IMG/VR virus record: IMGVR_UViG_3300027608_000010
DNA length: 64,000 bases
Source of the DNA: a virus
Taxonomy: Duplodnaviria > Caudoviricetes
Direction: 5' to 3' (one strand)
Shown: positions 8,962 through 18,860 of the stretch, one piece after another
How positions within the stretch are numbered: position 1 is the first letter of the stretch
How the letters are laid out: each line of letters begins with the position of its first letter
The notes under the pieces: generated by a model
The model's input: only the letters and a program-made list of their open reading frames with translations
Databases searched by the model: none
What the model was told of the DNA's origin: nothing
Position numbers and translations under genes: made by a program

Positions 8962-9897
8962 ATGTTTAAGTCAACATTAATCGCAGAACAACTTAAAAAG
9001 ATTCGTCCTTTATTAAAGGAAGCCAATCCACAGCAAAAACTTAAATTAATGAAACTAATGAAGGTTGCATTGAAAGAGAATTTTGATGAACGTATGGCAT
9101 TGATTCGTAAATTAGTCAGAACTGGTAAATATGACGCAAGTGATTTAGAATTAGCTACTACTGAACAACTGCGTGAATTATTAGATGGTCAACATGGTTT
9201 AGATGAAGACCAAGCTATACCACTGTCAGGAAAGATATCAGCAAGACCTAATCAAGATCCAAACTCATTTGAGGATTGGGATTATTACCATCAAGGTGAA
9301 CCAATACAACCAGGGTCCGATATACATACAAAAGTAAAAGATGTGCATTTACGCCAACGGGAACCTGCATATGATACAATGAGAAATGCTTTTGATAACC
9401 CTATACAACCAGGACCAATACTTCCGCAAAATCAATCAGGTGATACAATAATTCCATCACGTCCTAAACCTGCAGAAAAGATAAAAGATGCGGATGGTAA
9501 GCCAATTAGATTAAAAGATTTTGTCCCACATGATCCTGACATAATGGAAGATGATTTAAAATCAATTGATCCTGACGATCATGGAGAGACAGAAGGTCGT
9601 TTTGTAAAGAATCAAATACAAACTATGCTACGTGTTTTATCACATTTAGAAAATGCAATAGGTGATGACGAAAATTTACCTGAATGGGTACAAATGTTAC
9701 TTAGCCAATCACAAGATAAGATTGTAGGTGTCATGGATTATATGATTAGTGCCAAAGAACTTGCCAAAAAAGAACAAACGGGTAATCAAAGTATAATATC
9801 AGCATTAAGTATGCTGGAGGGGGAAAAACGTACTAAAACCGTTATCCCTAACAAGAAAAAAGTAAAAGAATCTAAAGATTTTCTACAAGAAAAATAA
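8962..9897 (+). CDS. modular putative internal head protein
   Basis: MFKSTLIAE leader; several [LIMV]xE junctions; carries module duplicated at 24785-25034. Confidence 0.7.
   Translation: MFKSTLIAEQLKKIRPLLKEANPQQKLKLMKLMKVALKENFDERMALIRKLVRTGKYDASDLELATTEQLRELLDGQHGLDEDQAIPLSGKISARPNQDPNSFEDWDYYHQGEPIQPGSDIHTKVKDVHLRQREPAYDTMRNAFDNPIQPGPILPQNQSGDTIIPSRPKPAEKIKDADGKPIRLKDFVPHDPDIMEDDLKSIDPDDHGETEGRFVKNQIQTMLRVLSHLENAIGDDENLPEWVQMLLSQSQDKIVGVMDYMISAKELAKKEQTGNQSIISALSMLEGEKRTKTVIPNKKKVKESKDFLQEK
9211..9460 (+). repeat. 250-bp coding module, copy 1
   Basis: QAIPLSGKISARPNQDPNSFEDWDYYHQG...QSGDTIIPS; colinear without gaps with 24785-25034. Confidence 0.95.
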
Positions 9898-9904
9898 TTC
9901 GGGG

Positions 9905-9946
9905 TGGTCCTCAGTGTGTAAATAATTACATCATTTAAGAGGACCA
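9905..9946 (+). promoter_or_regulatory. RBS-sequestering hairpin containing a late promoter
   Basis: TGGTCCTC (9905-9912) pairs with GAGGACCA (9939-9946, includes RBS); TAAATA at 9919 lies inside. Confidence 0.65.
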
Positions 9947-9947
9947 A

Positions 9948-10916
9948 ATGGCAACTAAAAAAACTAAAGTAACACCCGAAGCAGCACCCGTAGCAGCACC
10001 GGTAGCCGAGGCAGCCCCTACTGCAAAAAAGGCAACAAAATCAATTAAATCTACTAAAGAACCCAAAACGGTTCCTGTAGAAAAGGTTCAAGAAATTGCT
10101 GAACAGGCAGCTAAAGAACAAGCTCCACAACCCGGACAGATTCAAGTTAACGTTGACTATCTAAAAACAACCAAAGTACACATTGCAATGCCATGTTACG
10201 GTGGTATGTTGACTGAAAGTACATTCATGTCATTTATTAAGTGGGCTAATACTGCCCGTCAACTTGGTATTGACTGGACATTGGAAACAATGGTTAATGA
10301 ATCATTAATCAGTCGTGCTCGTAATACACTAACAGCTAAGTTCTTAGAACAAGAAGGCTCAACGCATTTATTCTTTGTTGATGCTGATATTGGTTGGGAA
10401 CCATGGCACTTGTTAGTATTAATCAACCGTGACGTTGACGTTATCGGTGGATTGTATCCAATGAAAACTATGCCGATCAAGTGGGTAGTTAATGGATTTG
10501 ATGGTGCTGAAGAAGGTCCAGATGGATTCCAAGAAGTAAGTAAAGCAGGTACCGGATTCTTGTTAATGAAGCGTCATGTATTTGAAAAACTTAAAGCACA
10601 TCCTGCTGTTAAGCAATACAAGAACGACATTGGATTAGATCCAAAATTTGACGCACATTTAAAGACATATTTTGATACAGCAGTTCGTCAAAATCGTTAC
10701 TACAGTGAAGACTGGACATTCTGTGAAAACTGGCGTGATCTAGGTGGTAAAATCTATGTTGATAAACGTGTATTATTGCGCCATAGTGGTAGCTATGTAT
10801 TCTGTATGGAAAATCAGGATCATTTGATGAATTCAATTGGTCCTATGTATGTTCAAGAATTACAGAAGAAACAAGCTGAAGCCGCTCAACAAGCAGCCGC
10901 AACCCCAGCACAATAA
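9948..10916 (+). CDS. GT-A fold glycosyltransferase-like protein with A/P/K-rich N-terminal arm
   Basis: IAMPCYGG, ISRARN, LFFVDADIGW (DxD), GTGFLLMKR, YSEDWTFC, LRHSG. Confidence 0.75.
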   Translation: MATKKTKVTPEAAPVAAPVAEAAPTAKKATKSIKSTKEPKTVPVEKVQEIAEQAAKEQAPQPGQIQVNVDYLKTTKVHIAMPCYGGMLTESTFMSFIKWANTARQLGIDWTLETMVNESLISRARNTLTAKFLEQEGSTHLFFVDADIGWEPWHLLVLINRDVDVIGGLYPMKTMPIKWVVNGFDGAEEGPDGFQEVSKAGTGFLLMKRHVFEKLKAHPAVKQYKNDIGLDPKFDAHLKTYFDTAVRQNRYYSEDWTFCENWRDLGGKIYVDKRVLLRHSGSYVFCMENQDHLMNSIGPMYVQELQKKQAEAAQQAAATPAQ

Positions 10917-10936
10917 TAGAATTTAATTCTATTTTA

Positions 10937-10969
10937 ATGGCTATCACACACCGTGATAGCCATTTTTTT
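10937..10969 (+). terminator. intrinsic terminator
   Basis: ATGGCTATCAC-acacc-GTGATAGCCAT followed by T6. Confidence 0.9.
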
Positions 10970-11001
10970 ATATAAATACTATATACTAAGGATTATCTAC
11001 T

Positions 11002-11307
11002 ATGTTCTCATTTTTATTTTCTAACCCGCCGTTTAGTAAAGCACCACCGTATAATATATCTATGCCAATTTCAGCACCAAACTTAAATGATAAGATGGAA
11101 CCAACAGCACCTAAAGTTAACACTAATTTTAACAGTTGGTTTGGGGTCTCTATAGGTTATTCTGCATCGTTATTTGGAAAACCGTCAACTCCTCCTACGA
11201 AACCGGCTTCCACAACCATACCAACAACAAGCCGTATTGCAACACCGTCAACTATTGCTACAAATTCAAAGATGACTATAACTAAAAAAGGTTTATTTAA
11301 TTGGTAA
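11002..11307 (+). CDS. hypothetical P/S/T-rich protein
   Basis: TATAAATA at 10971 and AAGGA RBS precede it. Confidence 0.6.
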   Translation: MFSFLFSNPPFSKAPPYNISMPISAPNLNDKMEPTAPKVNTNFNSWFGVSIGYSASLFGKPSTPPTKPASTTIPTTSRIATPSTIATNSKMTITKKGLFNW

Positions 11308-11313
11308 AATACA

Positions 11314-12180
11314 ATGAATTTTAATGAATTAAATAGTTTCAACATGTCGGATGCTGTTCGTTTTCACGAACATTTGAATCCTGCCATATTTAACGGTGAC
11401 CACATGAAAGAAAACGTAAGAGAGCAATTATTATTGATTGCTAGCGATTTTATAGAACATCTTGGCTTATCTGATTTAGCAATTCAAGATATCACTATCT
11501 CTGGAAGTAATGCAGCCTATAGTTATACTAATCTAAGTGATATTGATTTACATCTATTGGTTGATATGACTCAGTTCAACGAAGATGATGTTTACCGTGA
11601 ACTGTTTGACGCTAAAAAGACTGTATATAATGATAACCACGACATATTGATTGATGGGTATGAAGTAGAATTATATGTACAGGATAGTAATGAACCTGTT
11701 ATTAGTCTTGGTGAGTACTCAGTAATGAATGATAAATGGTTAAAGCTACCTAGAAAACGCAAAGCAGACTTTGACCAAGTTGCTACTAAATTGAAATATC
11801 GCAAGTTATACAAGTTAGCAGGATATGCATTAAAGTCTGATGATCCAGAAAAGATTAATAGATTAATTAATACTGTTAAGAAATATAGAAGAATTGGATT
11901 AGATTATAATGGTGAGTTTGGCCCAGAAAATATTGCATTTAAAGCATTGCGTAATAAAGGTATAATTAAGAAATTATATGAGAAATTACAATTACTACAC
12001 AGTCAACGATTAAGTTTACCTGAGTCCAGCGGGTACATCCCAAGCCCAAATGAAAAGAATGATAGACGATGGATGACTGCATTAACCGCAGATATCACAC
12101 CATTTACAATGCAACAAAATGCTAAGAAATTAGGAAGTAAAATAAGTCGTGCGGGTATCCCACCGTTACTTAGACCATAA
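11314..12180 (+). CDS. pol-beta-superfamily nucleotidyltransferase
   Basis: ITISGSNA...LSDIDLHLLV (GS + DxD), third acidic residue in YEVELYVQD. Confidence 0.75.
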   Translation: MNFNELNSFNMSDAVRFHEHLNPAIFNGDHMKENVREQLLLIASDFIEHLGLSDLAIQDITISGSNAAYSYTNLSDIDLHLLVDMTQFNEDDVYRELFDAKKTVYNDNHDILIDGYEVELYVQDSNEPVISLGEYSVMNDKWLKLPRKRKADFDQVATKLKYRKLYKLAGYALKSDDPEKINRLINTVKKYRRIGLDYNGEFGPENIAFKALRNKGIIKKLYEKLQLLHSQRLSLPESSGYIPSPNEKNDRRWMTALTADITPFTMQQNAKKLGSKISRAGIPPLLRP

Positions 12181-12199
12181 GAATAAGAAGGAAGATTAA

Positions 12200-15100
12200 A
12201 TGTCAAAAATTTGGATAAAACCGCAACAAGTAGATATAACTCAAGACCCAGGACTTAGTCCTCCTGTTGTACCTAAAGAAGATTTAGGTCTTGGATTTGT
12301 AGATGCTAACTCAACGTTTACTACCTCAACACCGTCAACACCTTTAACCAATACGGTTAATAACATTTATATCACCCGAGGTCCTAGAGGACGTGATGGA
12401 CAAGTTCAATTTAATGAAGATGGTTCTTATACAGGTGATCCTGGATTGTTATATGAGCCGAATTCAGATACATTGACTACTGGAACATTAGACGTTAACC
12501 AGCTTAATGCAAATCGTGCAAATTTAGGTTCTATCAATTATCTAACTATATTAGGTGGAAACAATAGAGATGTATTAAAAACAAATGGTAGTGGTGTTAT
12601 TACTTGGGCAAGTGCATTCCCATCAGATGTAGGTAATAGTGGTAAATTCTTAATGACCAATGGCATTAGTCAGCAATGGGCACATCCTAGCTATACGAAT
12701 TTAGTTGATGTCCCATCAAATATTGCTACTCAAAGTTATGTTGGAAATGCTATTGCTAATCTAGTAGATAGTTCACCGGCAGCATTGAATACATTAAATG
12801 AACTTGCAACTGCTTTAGGTAATAACGCAAATTACGCAACTGATATTACAAATATTTTAGCAAATAAAGCAAACGTTACTTATGTAGATAATAAACTTGC
12901 AAACATTACGTGGGCTAATTTAACTGGTAGACCCACTATACCGGATGCACAAATCAACAGTGATTGGACTGAAACAAATGTAGCCAGTAAAGCATTTATT
13001 CAAAATAAACCAACACTAGGTAATATTTCTAATATCAATATTAGTGGCAGTAGTTCTCAGGTATTTTATGGTAATGGTATTTTTGCTAGTTTGCCTGCCG
13101 AAGTTAATTTAGGTAATCTAACTTTTAATGGAAATAATTTATCATCTACTAGCAATGTGGTTATCATTACTACTAATGGAGCTGATGGATTAACTCAGTT
13201 AGAAAATAAACATATCAATGGTGATACATATGTTTGGTTAGACGAAGGTAATGTAAAAATAGAAGCCGACGGAAATGTTTGGACTTTTGCTAATAGTGGT
13301 AATTTAATGTTACCAGCTGGTGGTGACATCTTAGATAGTACAGGTAATAGTGTATTGGGTGTTAGTGGCGCAAACACAGGCAATATTACATTTAGTGGCA
13401 ACGAAATTGGATCTACTGGCAATTTTATTAATATTACGTCAACGACTGGATATGTTCAATTAGAAAACTTAGATTCAACCAATGGTTCTACTTATATTTA
13501 CCTACAAGAAGGTAATGTATTTGTAGAAAACAATGAGGGAACTTGGACATTTCATAACACTGGATCATTATTATTTCCAGAAACGTCAAATGTTGAATTT
13601 GCTATAGTAATAAATGACACACTTGGTGAAATGAGTATTAGTACTGATAGTGGAAATATAGCTATATGGCCGGAAAATAGTAAGTGGTTGTTTGGCGCAG
13701 ATGGTAACTTAACATTACCGGCTAATACATTTAGTGTTAACTATGCTAATGGTACTCAAGTGTCCTTAGGTGGAGGCGGTGGAGCGAACACCGGCAATAT
13801 TACATTCAGTGATACTACAATGGCTAGTACAAATGGTAATGTTAAGATTGGGTTTTCCCCTTCAGCAAGTCCTGCAGTAGAATTTACGTTTACTGATAAT
13901 GGTAACTTAGTGTTACCACAAGGTACTATCTTAAGTGAAACAGCCAACTCAACAACCATCACACCACCGAATGCATTAGCTGGACAGGGTTTAGTAGTTC
14001 GCTTAACAGGGGTTCAAGGAATTGTTTCCGATCATCCAGGTGGATTTACTGACGGTGATACTATAACTCTAACTGTAACTCCTGATTATGGCAGTGCCCA
14101 AGTTACTGGAACATTAGATTATACATTTACTGGAGCTACTAGTGTACAATTAGGTAGAGCGTTAACAGGCACATTGACATTTACTAATGAAGTTTCTAAA
14201 CCAATAAGTTGGACTATACCAGTATCAAGTACTATGACAACTTTCACTGTCACCATTAGCAATGCATCAGGGTTTACTATTACTAGTGTTGATAACACAC
14301 TTACACTGTCAACTACCGGTAGTACTGAAGACCATCATATTCACTTAATAGCAGGTGATCCTTCAATCACTGACATATATTTAGGTGATGATGACCAGTA
14401 TGTTAAAATTGAAAAGAACGGTGGTAATGTAGTTATCGGAACTGATACAAATAATAAGCAATGGACCTTTGACACAAACGGTGCGCTAACATTCCCAGGT
14501 GGTGAAACATTTGAAAATGGACAAATAACAGCGACTGCAAATGGACAGGCTATGTTAGCCGACAATGCACTTAATAATTTTATCTGGGTTGATAGTAATG
14601 GTGCGTATATTGAAACAGATGATGGCACAGAAAATACCTGGACATTCGGTGATGATGGTAATTTATCAATGCCAGGCAATACTGTTGTCTCAACTCCTGA
14701 TAATACATCATTGAGATTACGCACTTCAAACAATGAATACGGTTCGACTAGTATTGAATTTGTTAGTGATATCAACGGACCTCATCCTTATACCTCTAAA
14801 GTTGAGGTTGACGGTGATGGTGTAAAGGTACATAACAGTGGTGATACTGTAGTTTGGAGTTTTAGTGGTGGTACATTTAACTTACCAAATGATAGTACAG
14901 GAAATGGTGTAATTTATTCTAACGTTGCTAATGCACAGTTATACACTGATAGAACTGGTAATGCTCAGGTAAGTATTCGTTCTAAAGGTATCGCCGGTGA
15001 CAAGACCTGGGCATTCAAAGACAACGGAGAAGTACAGTTTCCGGACAACACATTACAAACTACTGCATACAGAAACAGACCATTAACTAATCTGAACCTA

Positions 15101-15262
15101 GATGGCGGTAGTGCAAGTGTAGTTTTTGAAATTGATATGGCATTTGTTGATGGTGGCGGAAGTTTCTTACGTGGCATTCTATCACAAGATATATATGACG
15201 GCAATGATGGTGGTGCAACCATAACACAATTTGATAAAATATTAGACGGAGGCCAATCATAA
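12200..15262 (+). CDS. long tail fibre / receptor-binding-like protein
   Basis: 1020 aa, G/N/T/S-rich; SPAALNTLNELATALGN fibre motif; repeated W-x-F-x(2)-dGnL-x-LP modules. Confidence 0.8.
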   Translation: MSKIWIKPQQVDITQDPGLSPPVVPKEDLGLGFVDANSTFTTSTPSTPLTNTVNNIYITRGPRGRDGQVQFNEDGSYTGDPGLLYEPNSDTLTTGTLDVNQLNANRANLGSINYLTILGGNNRDVLKTNGSGVITWASAFPSDVGNSGKFLMTNGISQQWAHPSYTNLVDVPSNIATQSYVGNAIANLVDSSPAALNTLNELATALGNNANYATDITNILANKANVTYVDNKLANITWANLTGRPTIPDAQINSDWTETNVASKAFIQNKPTLGNISNINISGSSSQVFYGNGIFASLPAEVNLGNLTFNGNNLSSTSNVVIITTNGADGLTQLENKHINGDTYVWLDEGNVKIEADGNVWTFANSGNLMLPAGGDILDSTGNSVLGVSGANTGNITFSGNEIGSTGNFINITSTTGYVQLENLDSTNGSTYIYLQEGNVFVENNEGTWTFHNTGSLLFPETSNVEFAIVINDTLGEMSISTDSGNIAIWPENSKWLFGADGNLTLPANTFSVNYANGTQVSLGGGGGANTGNITFSDTTMASTNGNVKIGFSPSASPAVEFTFTDNGNLVLPQGTILSETANSTTITPPNALAGQGLVVRLTGVQGIVSDHPGGFTDGDTITLTVTPDYGSAQVTGTLDYTFTGATSVQLGRALTGTLTFTNEVSKPISWTIPVSSTMTTFTVTISNASGFTITSVDNTLTLSTTGSTEDHHIHLIAGDPSITDIYLGDDDQYVKIEKNGGNVVIGTDTNNKQWTFDTNGALTFPGGETFENGQITATANGQAMLADNALNNFIWVDSNGAYIETDDGTENTWTFGDDGNLSMPGNTVVSTPDNTSLRLRTSNNEYGSTSIEFVSDINGPHPYTSKVEVDGDGVKVHNSGDTVVWSFSGGTFNLPNDSTGNGVIYSNVANAQLYTDRTGNAQVSIRSKGIAGDKTWAFKDNGEVQFPDNTLQTTAYRNRPLTNLNLDGGSASVVFEIDMAFVDGGGSFLRGILSQDIYDGNDGGATITQFDKILDGGQS

Positions 15263-17778
15263 TGGCAAATAGAATACAAATAAGACGAGACAGTGAAGAA
15301 AACTGGGTTGATGCTGACCCAGTATTAGCTGACGGAGAACTAGGATTAAACTACGATAATAATCAAATCAAGATTGGTGATGGGACAAACACTTGGACTA
15401 GCTTATCTTATAGTGGTTCTAGTACAGGTAATGTTACATTCAGTGACCAAGTTATAGTAGGTACCGGCGACATTGATGGTGGTGGTAGCGGATTATATTT
15501 GTCTCCGGGCGCTAACAGCACAGCTAATCTACAATATCTCAGAGTGCGTGGTGGAGATGACAGTGGTCACATTCATTTGGACACAGGCAACAACACAATA
15601 TATGACCAATTCTTCGGCAATGATAACAAGTATCTTAAATTAGAAGCTGGCGACACCGGTAATATAGTAATAAGCACAGACGGAACCTATGAATGGCAAT
15701 TTGGCAGCAATGGCAATTTAACACTGCCACAAGGTACTACTATAAGTGAAGCAACAAATATTGTTACTGTTACATTAGACCAGTTAACTGCTATCTCAGC
15801 CTGGACTGGAACTTTGGTTTTTACCAAAGTCAGTGACACATTATATCAAGCATTACCGAGTGGTCCAACTATGGAACTGGTTGTTGGTATTTGGAGACTT
15901 AGGTCTAATACTGCTACTTACTATGACTCAACAGACCTTATAACTTGGGGAACTGTTGCCGGTTCGTTGCCTGCGCCGGTTGGTACTACAGAGATATTGG
16001 AAACAATGAACCTAACAGTGGGTAGTAATGTTTGGACCTTTGGCGACGATGGCAACTTAACACTACCAGGCAATGCTTTTGCAGTTAACTATGCTAACGG
16101 TACACAAGTATCAATCGGCGGTGGTGGTAATGCTAACACAGGCAATATTACATTTGACGATAATATTGTTATTGGCACAGGCGATGAATTTGGCAGTACC
16201 GGATTGTATTTGGCCCCTGGAAATGCTAGTATTGCTAATAGTGCAGTACAATATTTAAGAGTGCGTGGAGGTGATGTTGCCACACACATTCACCTTGATA
16301 CAGGCAACAACGCTTATTTTGACCAATACTTTGGTGATGACGACAAGTATGTAAAACTGGCTAATACCGGCAATGTCGTAATCGGTACTGATGATGCCAA
16401 TGGAAACTCAGCACAATGGACATTTGGCACAGATGGTAACTTAACTACACCAAGTAATTTAGTGATTGGCACAGGAGCTGGTAGTGGTTCAAGGATATTT
16501 CAATATGACGATGGTCTAGAAATTGTAGGAGAAGGTGCTAACTCCGTTGTACTAATGGGTTGGACAGCAAATATAAGCGCACCCGATAGTGTTGCAACAA
16601 TAGCAATGAATTACCCAAGTGGTGGCGAAGGTAATATATTGATTGCTGTAGGTAATAACGCAACCACTGTACACAGCTGGCTTTTTGGCAATGATGGTGA
16701 CTTAAAATTACCTGCAGGCGGTGATATTGTAGACAGTACTGGTACTAGTGTATTAGGCGGTGGCGCGGGTGGCGGTATAGCATTAACAGATTTAAGTATT
16801 GGTACTGATGGTACACCAACTGGTGGTGGTAATATTTCATATGCCAATTCAACTGGTGTATTTACATATACTCCGCCGGTAATACCTGATGTTAGTGGAT
16901 TTGCATTAACAAGTGATATACCTGATGTTAGTGGGTTCGTAACAGGCACGCCTTGGACGAGTGCAGGTTATTTAACAACTATCACAAATATATTCAATCA
17001 AGACTTGAATACAACTAACAATGTTACATTTAGTAGTGTAATCACTAGCAATGTACAAGCAACTAACGGCTCACCCGCTGTGGCAAGTCCAGTGGCTGTC
17101 GGTGGTGCCGGCTCTTTGTTAACAATCAGTGCAGGTGATGGCGGCATTGCGGCTACCGGTGTTAATGCTGGGGCAGGTGGTAATCTAACAATCACTGCAG
17201 GTGATGCTGGTTCTGATATAGGTAACCCAAGTTGGGGAGAGATAGGCGGTACTCTTGTTATAAGAGGTGGAAATTCCTCAAGACCTTATCATGGTAGTGA
17301 TGTTCAAATTCACAGCGGTAATGCTGTAGCATCACCCGGTGCAATATCTTTATACACTGGCACAAATCAATGGACATTTGGCAAAACTGGTAACTTAACA
17401 TTACCAGTTGGTGGCAACATTTTAGATAGTACAGGTACTAGTGTATTGTTCAGTGGTGACTATACTGACTTGACCAACAAACCAACTATATTAGCTGAAC
17501 CTGCGTTCAGTGTTCAAACAACAGACTTCAATGCAACAGCAGGTTCTAGATATGGTTTTGATACAACAACAGGAGTAGTAACTGCAACATTACCAGCAAG
17601 CCCAGCAACAGGTGATGCAATTTATTTTGCAGATGCAAGTGGTACAACGTCAACTAATAATTTCATAATTGCTAGAAACAGTCAAACAATTATGGGTTCA
17701 GCAAGTAATATGACAGTTAATGTCAACGACCAAAGTTTTGGGTTGTTCTATAATGGAACAACTTGGAGAGTTTATTGA
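15262..17778 (+). CDS. tail fibre protein with Mtd-type N-terminal domain
   Basis: MANRIQIRRD...PVLADGELG...KIGDGTNTWTSLSY (Mtd_N pattern); internal duplicated blocks; C-terminal TLPASPATGDAI..D...IIARN fibre motif. Confidence 0.82.
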   Translation: MANRIQIRRDSEENWVDADPVLADGELGLNYDNNQIKIGDGTNTWTSLSYSGSSTGNVTFSDQVIVGTGDIDGGGSGLYLSPGANSTANLQYLRVRGGDDSGHIHLDTGNNTIYDQFFGNDNKYLKLEAGDTGNIVISTDGTYEWQFGSNGNLTLPQGTTISEATNIVTVTLDQLTAISAWTGTLVFTKVSDTLYQALPSGPTMELVVGIWRLRSNTATYYDSTDLITWGTVAGSLPAPVGTTEILETMNLTVGSNVWTFGDDGNLTLPGNAFAVNYANGTQVSIGGGGNANTGNITFDDNIVIGTGDEFGSTGLYLAPGNASIANSAVQYLRVRGGDVATHIHLDTGNNAYFDQYFGDDDKYVKLANTGNVVIGTDDANGNSAQWTFGTDGNLTTPSNLVIGTGAGSGSRIFQYDDGLEIVGEGANSVVLMGWTANISAPDSVATIAMNYPSGGEGNILIAVGNNATTVHSWLFGNDGDLKLPAGGDIVDSTGTSVLGGGAGGGIALTDLSIGTDGTPTGGGNISYANSTGVFTYTPPVIPDVSGFALTSDIPDVSGFVTGTPWTSAGYLTTITNIFNQDLNTTNNVTFSSVITSNVQATNGSPAVASPVAVGGAGSLLTISAGDGGIAATGVNAGAGGNLTITAGDAGSDIGNPSWGEIGGTLVIRGGNSSRPYHGSDVQIHSGNAVASPGAISLYTGTNQWTFGKTGNLTLPVGGNILDSTGTSVLFSGDYTDLTNKPTILAEPAFSVQTTDFNATAGSRYGFDTTTGVVTATLPASPATGDAIYFADASGTTSTNNFIIARNSQTIMGSASNMTVNVNDQSFGLFYNGTTWRVY

Positions 17779-17796
17779 TAAAATAAGGAATAGGAA

Positions 17797-18771
17797 ATGT
17801 CAAATTTATCAGATTACAAATTAACAATATCAACTAATGATGATTTATCATTAACCGGTAATATCACTACTACACAGGACATTACCGCTAATAATATCAG
17901 CGCAACTAGTATCATAGTCAACGGTCAAACTTTAACTGCTACTGGTGCTGTTAATCCTGACTACATCAATATGACAACATCTGCGGCGGTAAATGTAGCC
18001 GCAAGTGGAACAGACCTTACTTGGGATGTAAACAATGGTAGTTCGGGTATCGCATATAGCGCAGGCAAATTTTCTCTTACAGCAGGAAAAACATATCACA
18101 TTTTAGCTGAACTAGCAATGCAAGAGTACAGTGCCAACGGATATCTACTAGTAGAACTAGTTGACGGTACTACAAACGCACGAATTGGTTCTCAGACAGT
18201 GACTTTACCTTATAATTCAGGATTCAATGAAACTAACAATCCTACTCTTGATGTAGTATACACACCCGTAGCAAATCAAGATGTTAAATTAAGAGTCACT
18301 GGTGGCACAGGCGGATTAACTGCTCAATTAAGAGGCGGCGGATTTGCTAGAATGAGTATTGTTCAACTGAATCCTACAGCAAGTTTAAGTGCGGTATCTA
18401 CAATTAGTGCCAGTGGCAATGTCACAGTTGGTGGCAACTTGACTGTTACTGGTGGCATACGCAAGAGTGCAAGAGTGCTTACTACAACCACTACATTGAC
18501 AGTGGCAGATGCCAGTGGCTTTATTCAGTGCACCGGTGGACCATACACAGTTACATTACCCAATCCGACTCAAGCCGCTAATGCAGGCATTGGTTATAGA
18601 TTTTGGCAAAATACTGCCAGTAATATCACTCTAAGCACTCCGGCTGGAGCCTTCTTTGGTCCAAGTGGCACCACTACAAGCACAGTAGTTCTAGTACAGG
18701 CTACTACAAGTTATTGGGATGTTTGGAGCGATGGCTTTAACTGGGCTGTGTTTGGAATAAAGATAGCATAA
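17797..18771 (+). CDS. tail fibre-associated / short fibre protein
   Basis: T/G/A/N-rich; GNVTVGGNLTVTG and YTVTLPNP...GYRFW motifs. Confidence 0.7.
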   Translation: MSNLSDYKLTISTNDDLSLTGNITTTQDITANNISATSIIVNGQTLTATGAVNPDYINMTTSAAVNVAASGTDLTWDVNNGSSGIAYSAGKFSLTAGKTYHILAELAMQEYSANGYLLVELVDGTTNARIGSQTVTLPYNSGFNETNNPTLDVVYTPVANQDVKLRVTGGTGGLTAQLRGGGFARMSIVQLNPTASLSAVSTISASGNVTVGGNLTVTGGIRKSARVLTTTTTLTVADASGFIQCTGGPYTVTLPNPTQAANAGIGYRFWQNTASNITLSTPAGAFFGPSGTTTSTVVLVQATTSYWDVWSDGFNWAVFGIKIA

Positions 18772-18860
18772 TATGAAACATACTAAAAATGGTATAATAA
18801 CTCAGTGGGAAACCGCAAGTTGTTGAGAAAAACTATAAATATAACAAATGGAGACATTAA

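Noticed and set aside
16881-16940. Short tandem coding repeats (IPDVSGF x2; also TNGKD x2 near 24380-24460)
   Set aside because: Ordinary low-complexity fibre or linker duplications with no further structure
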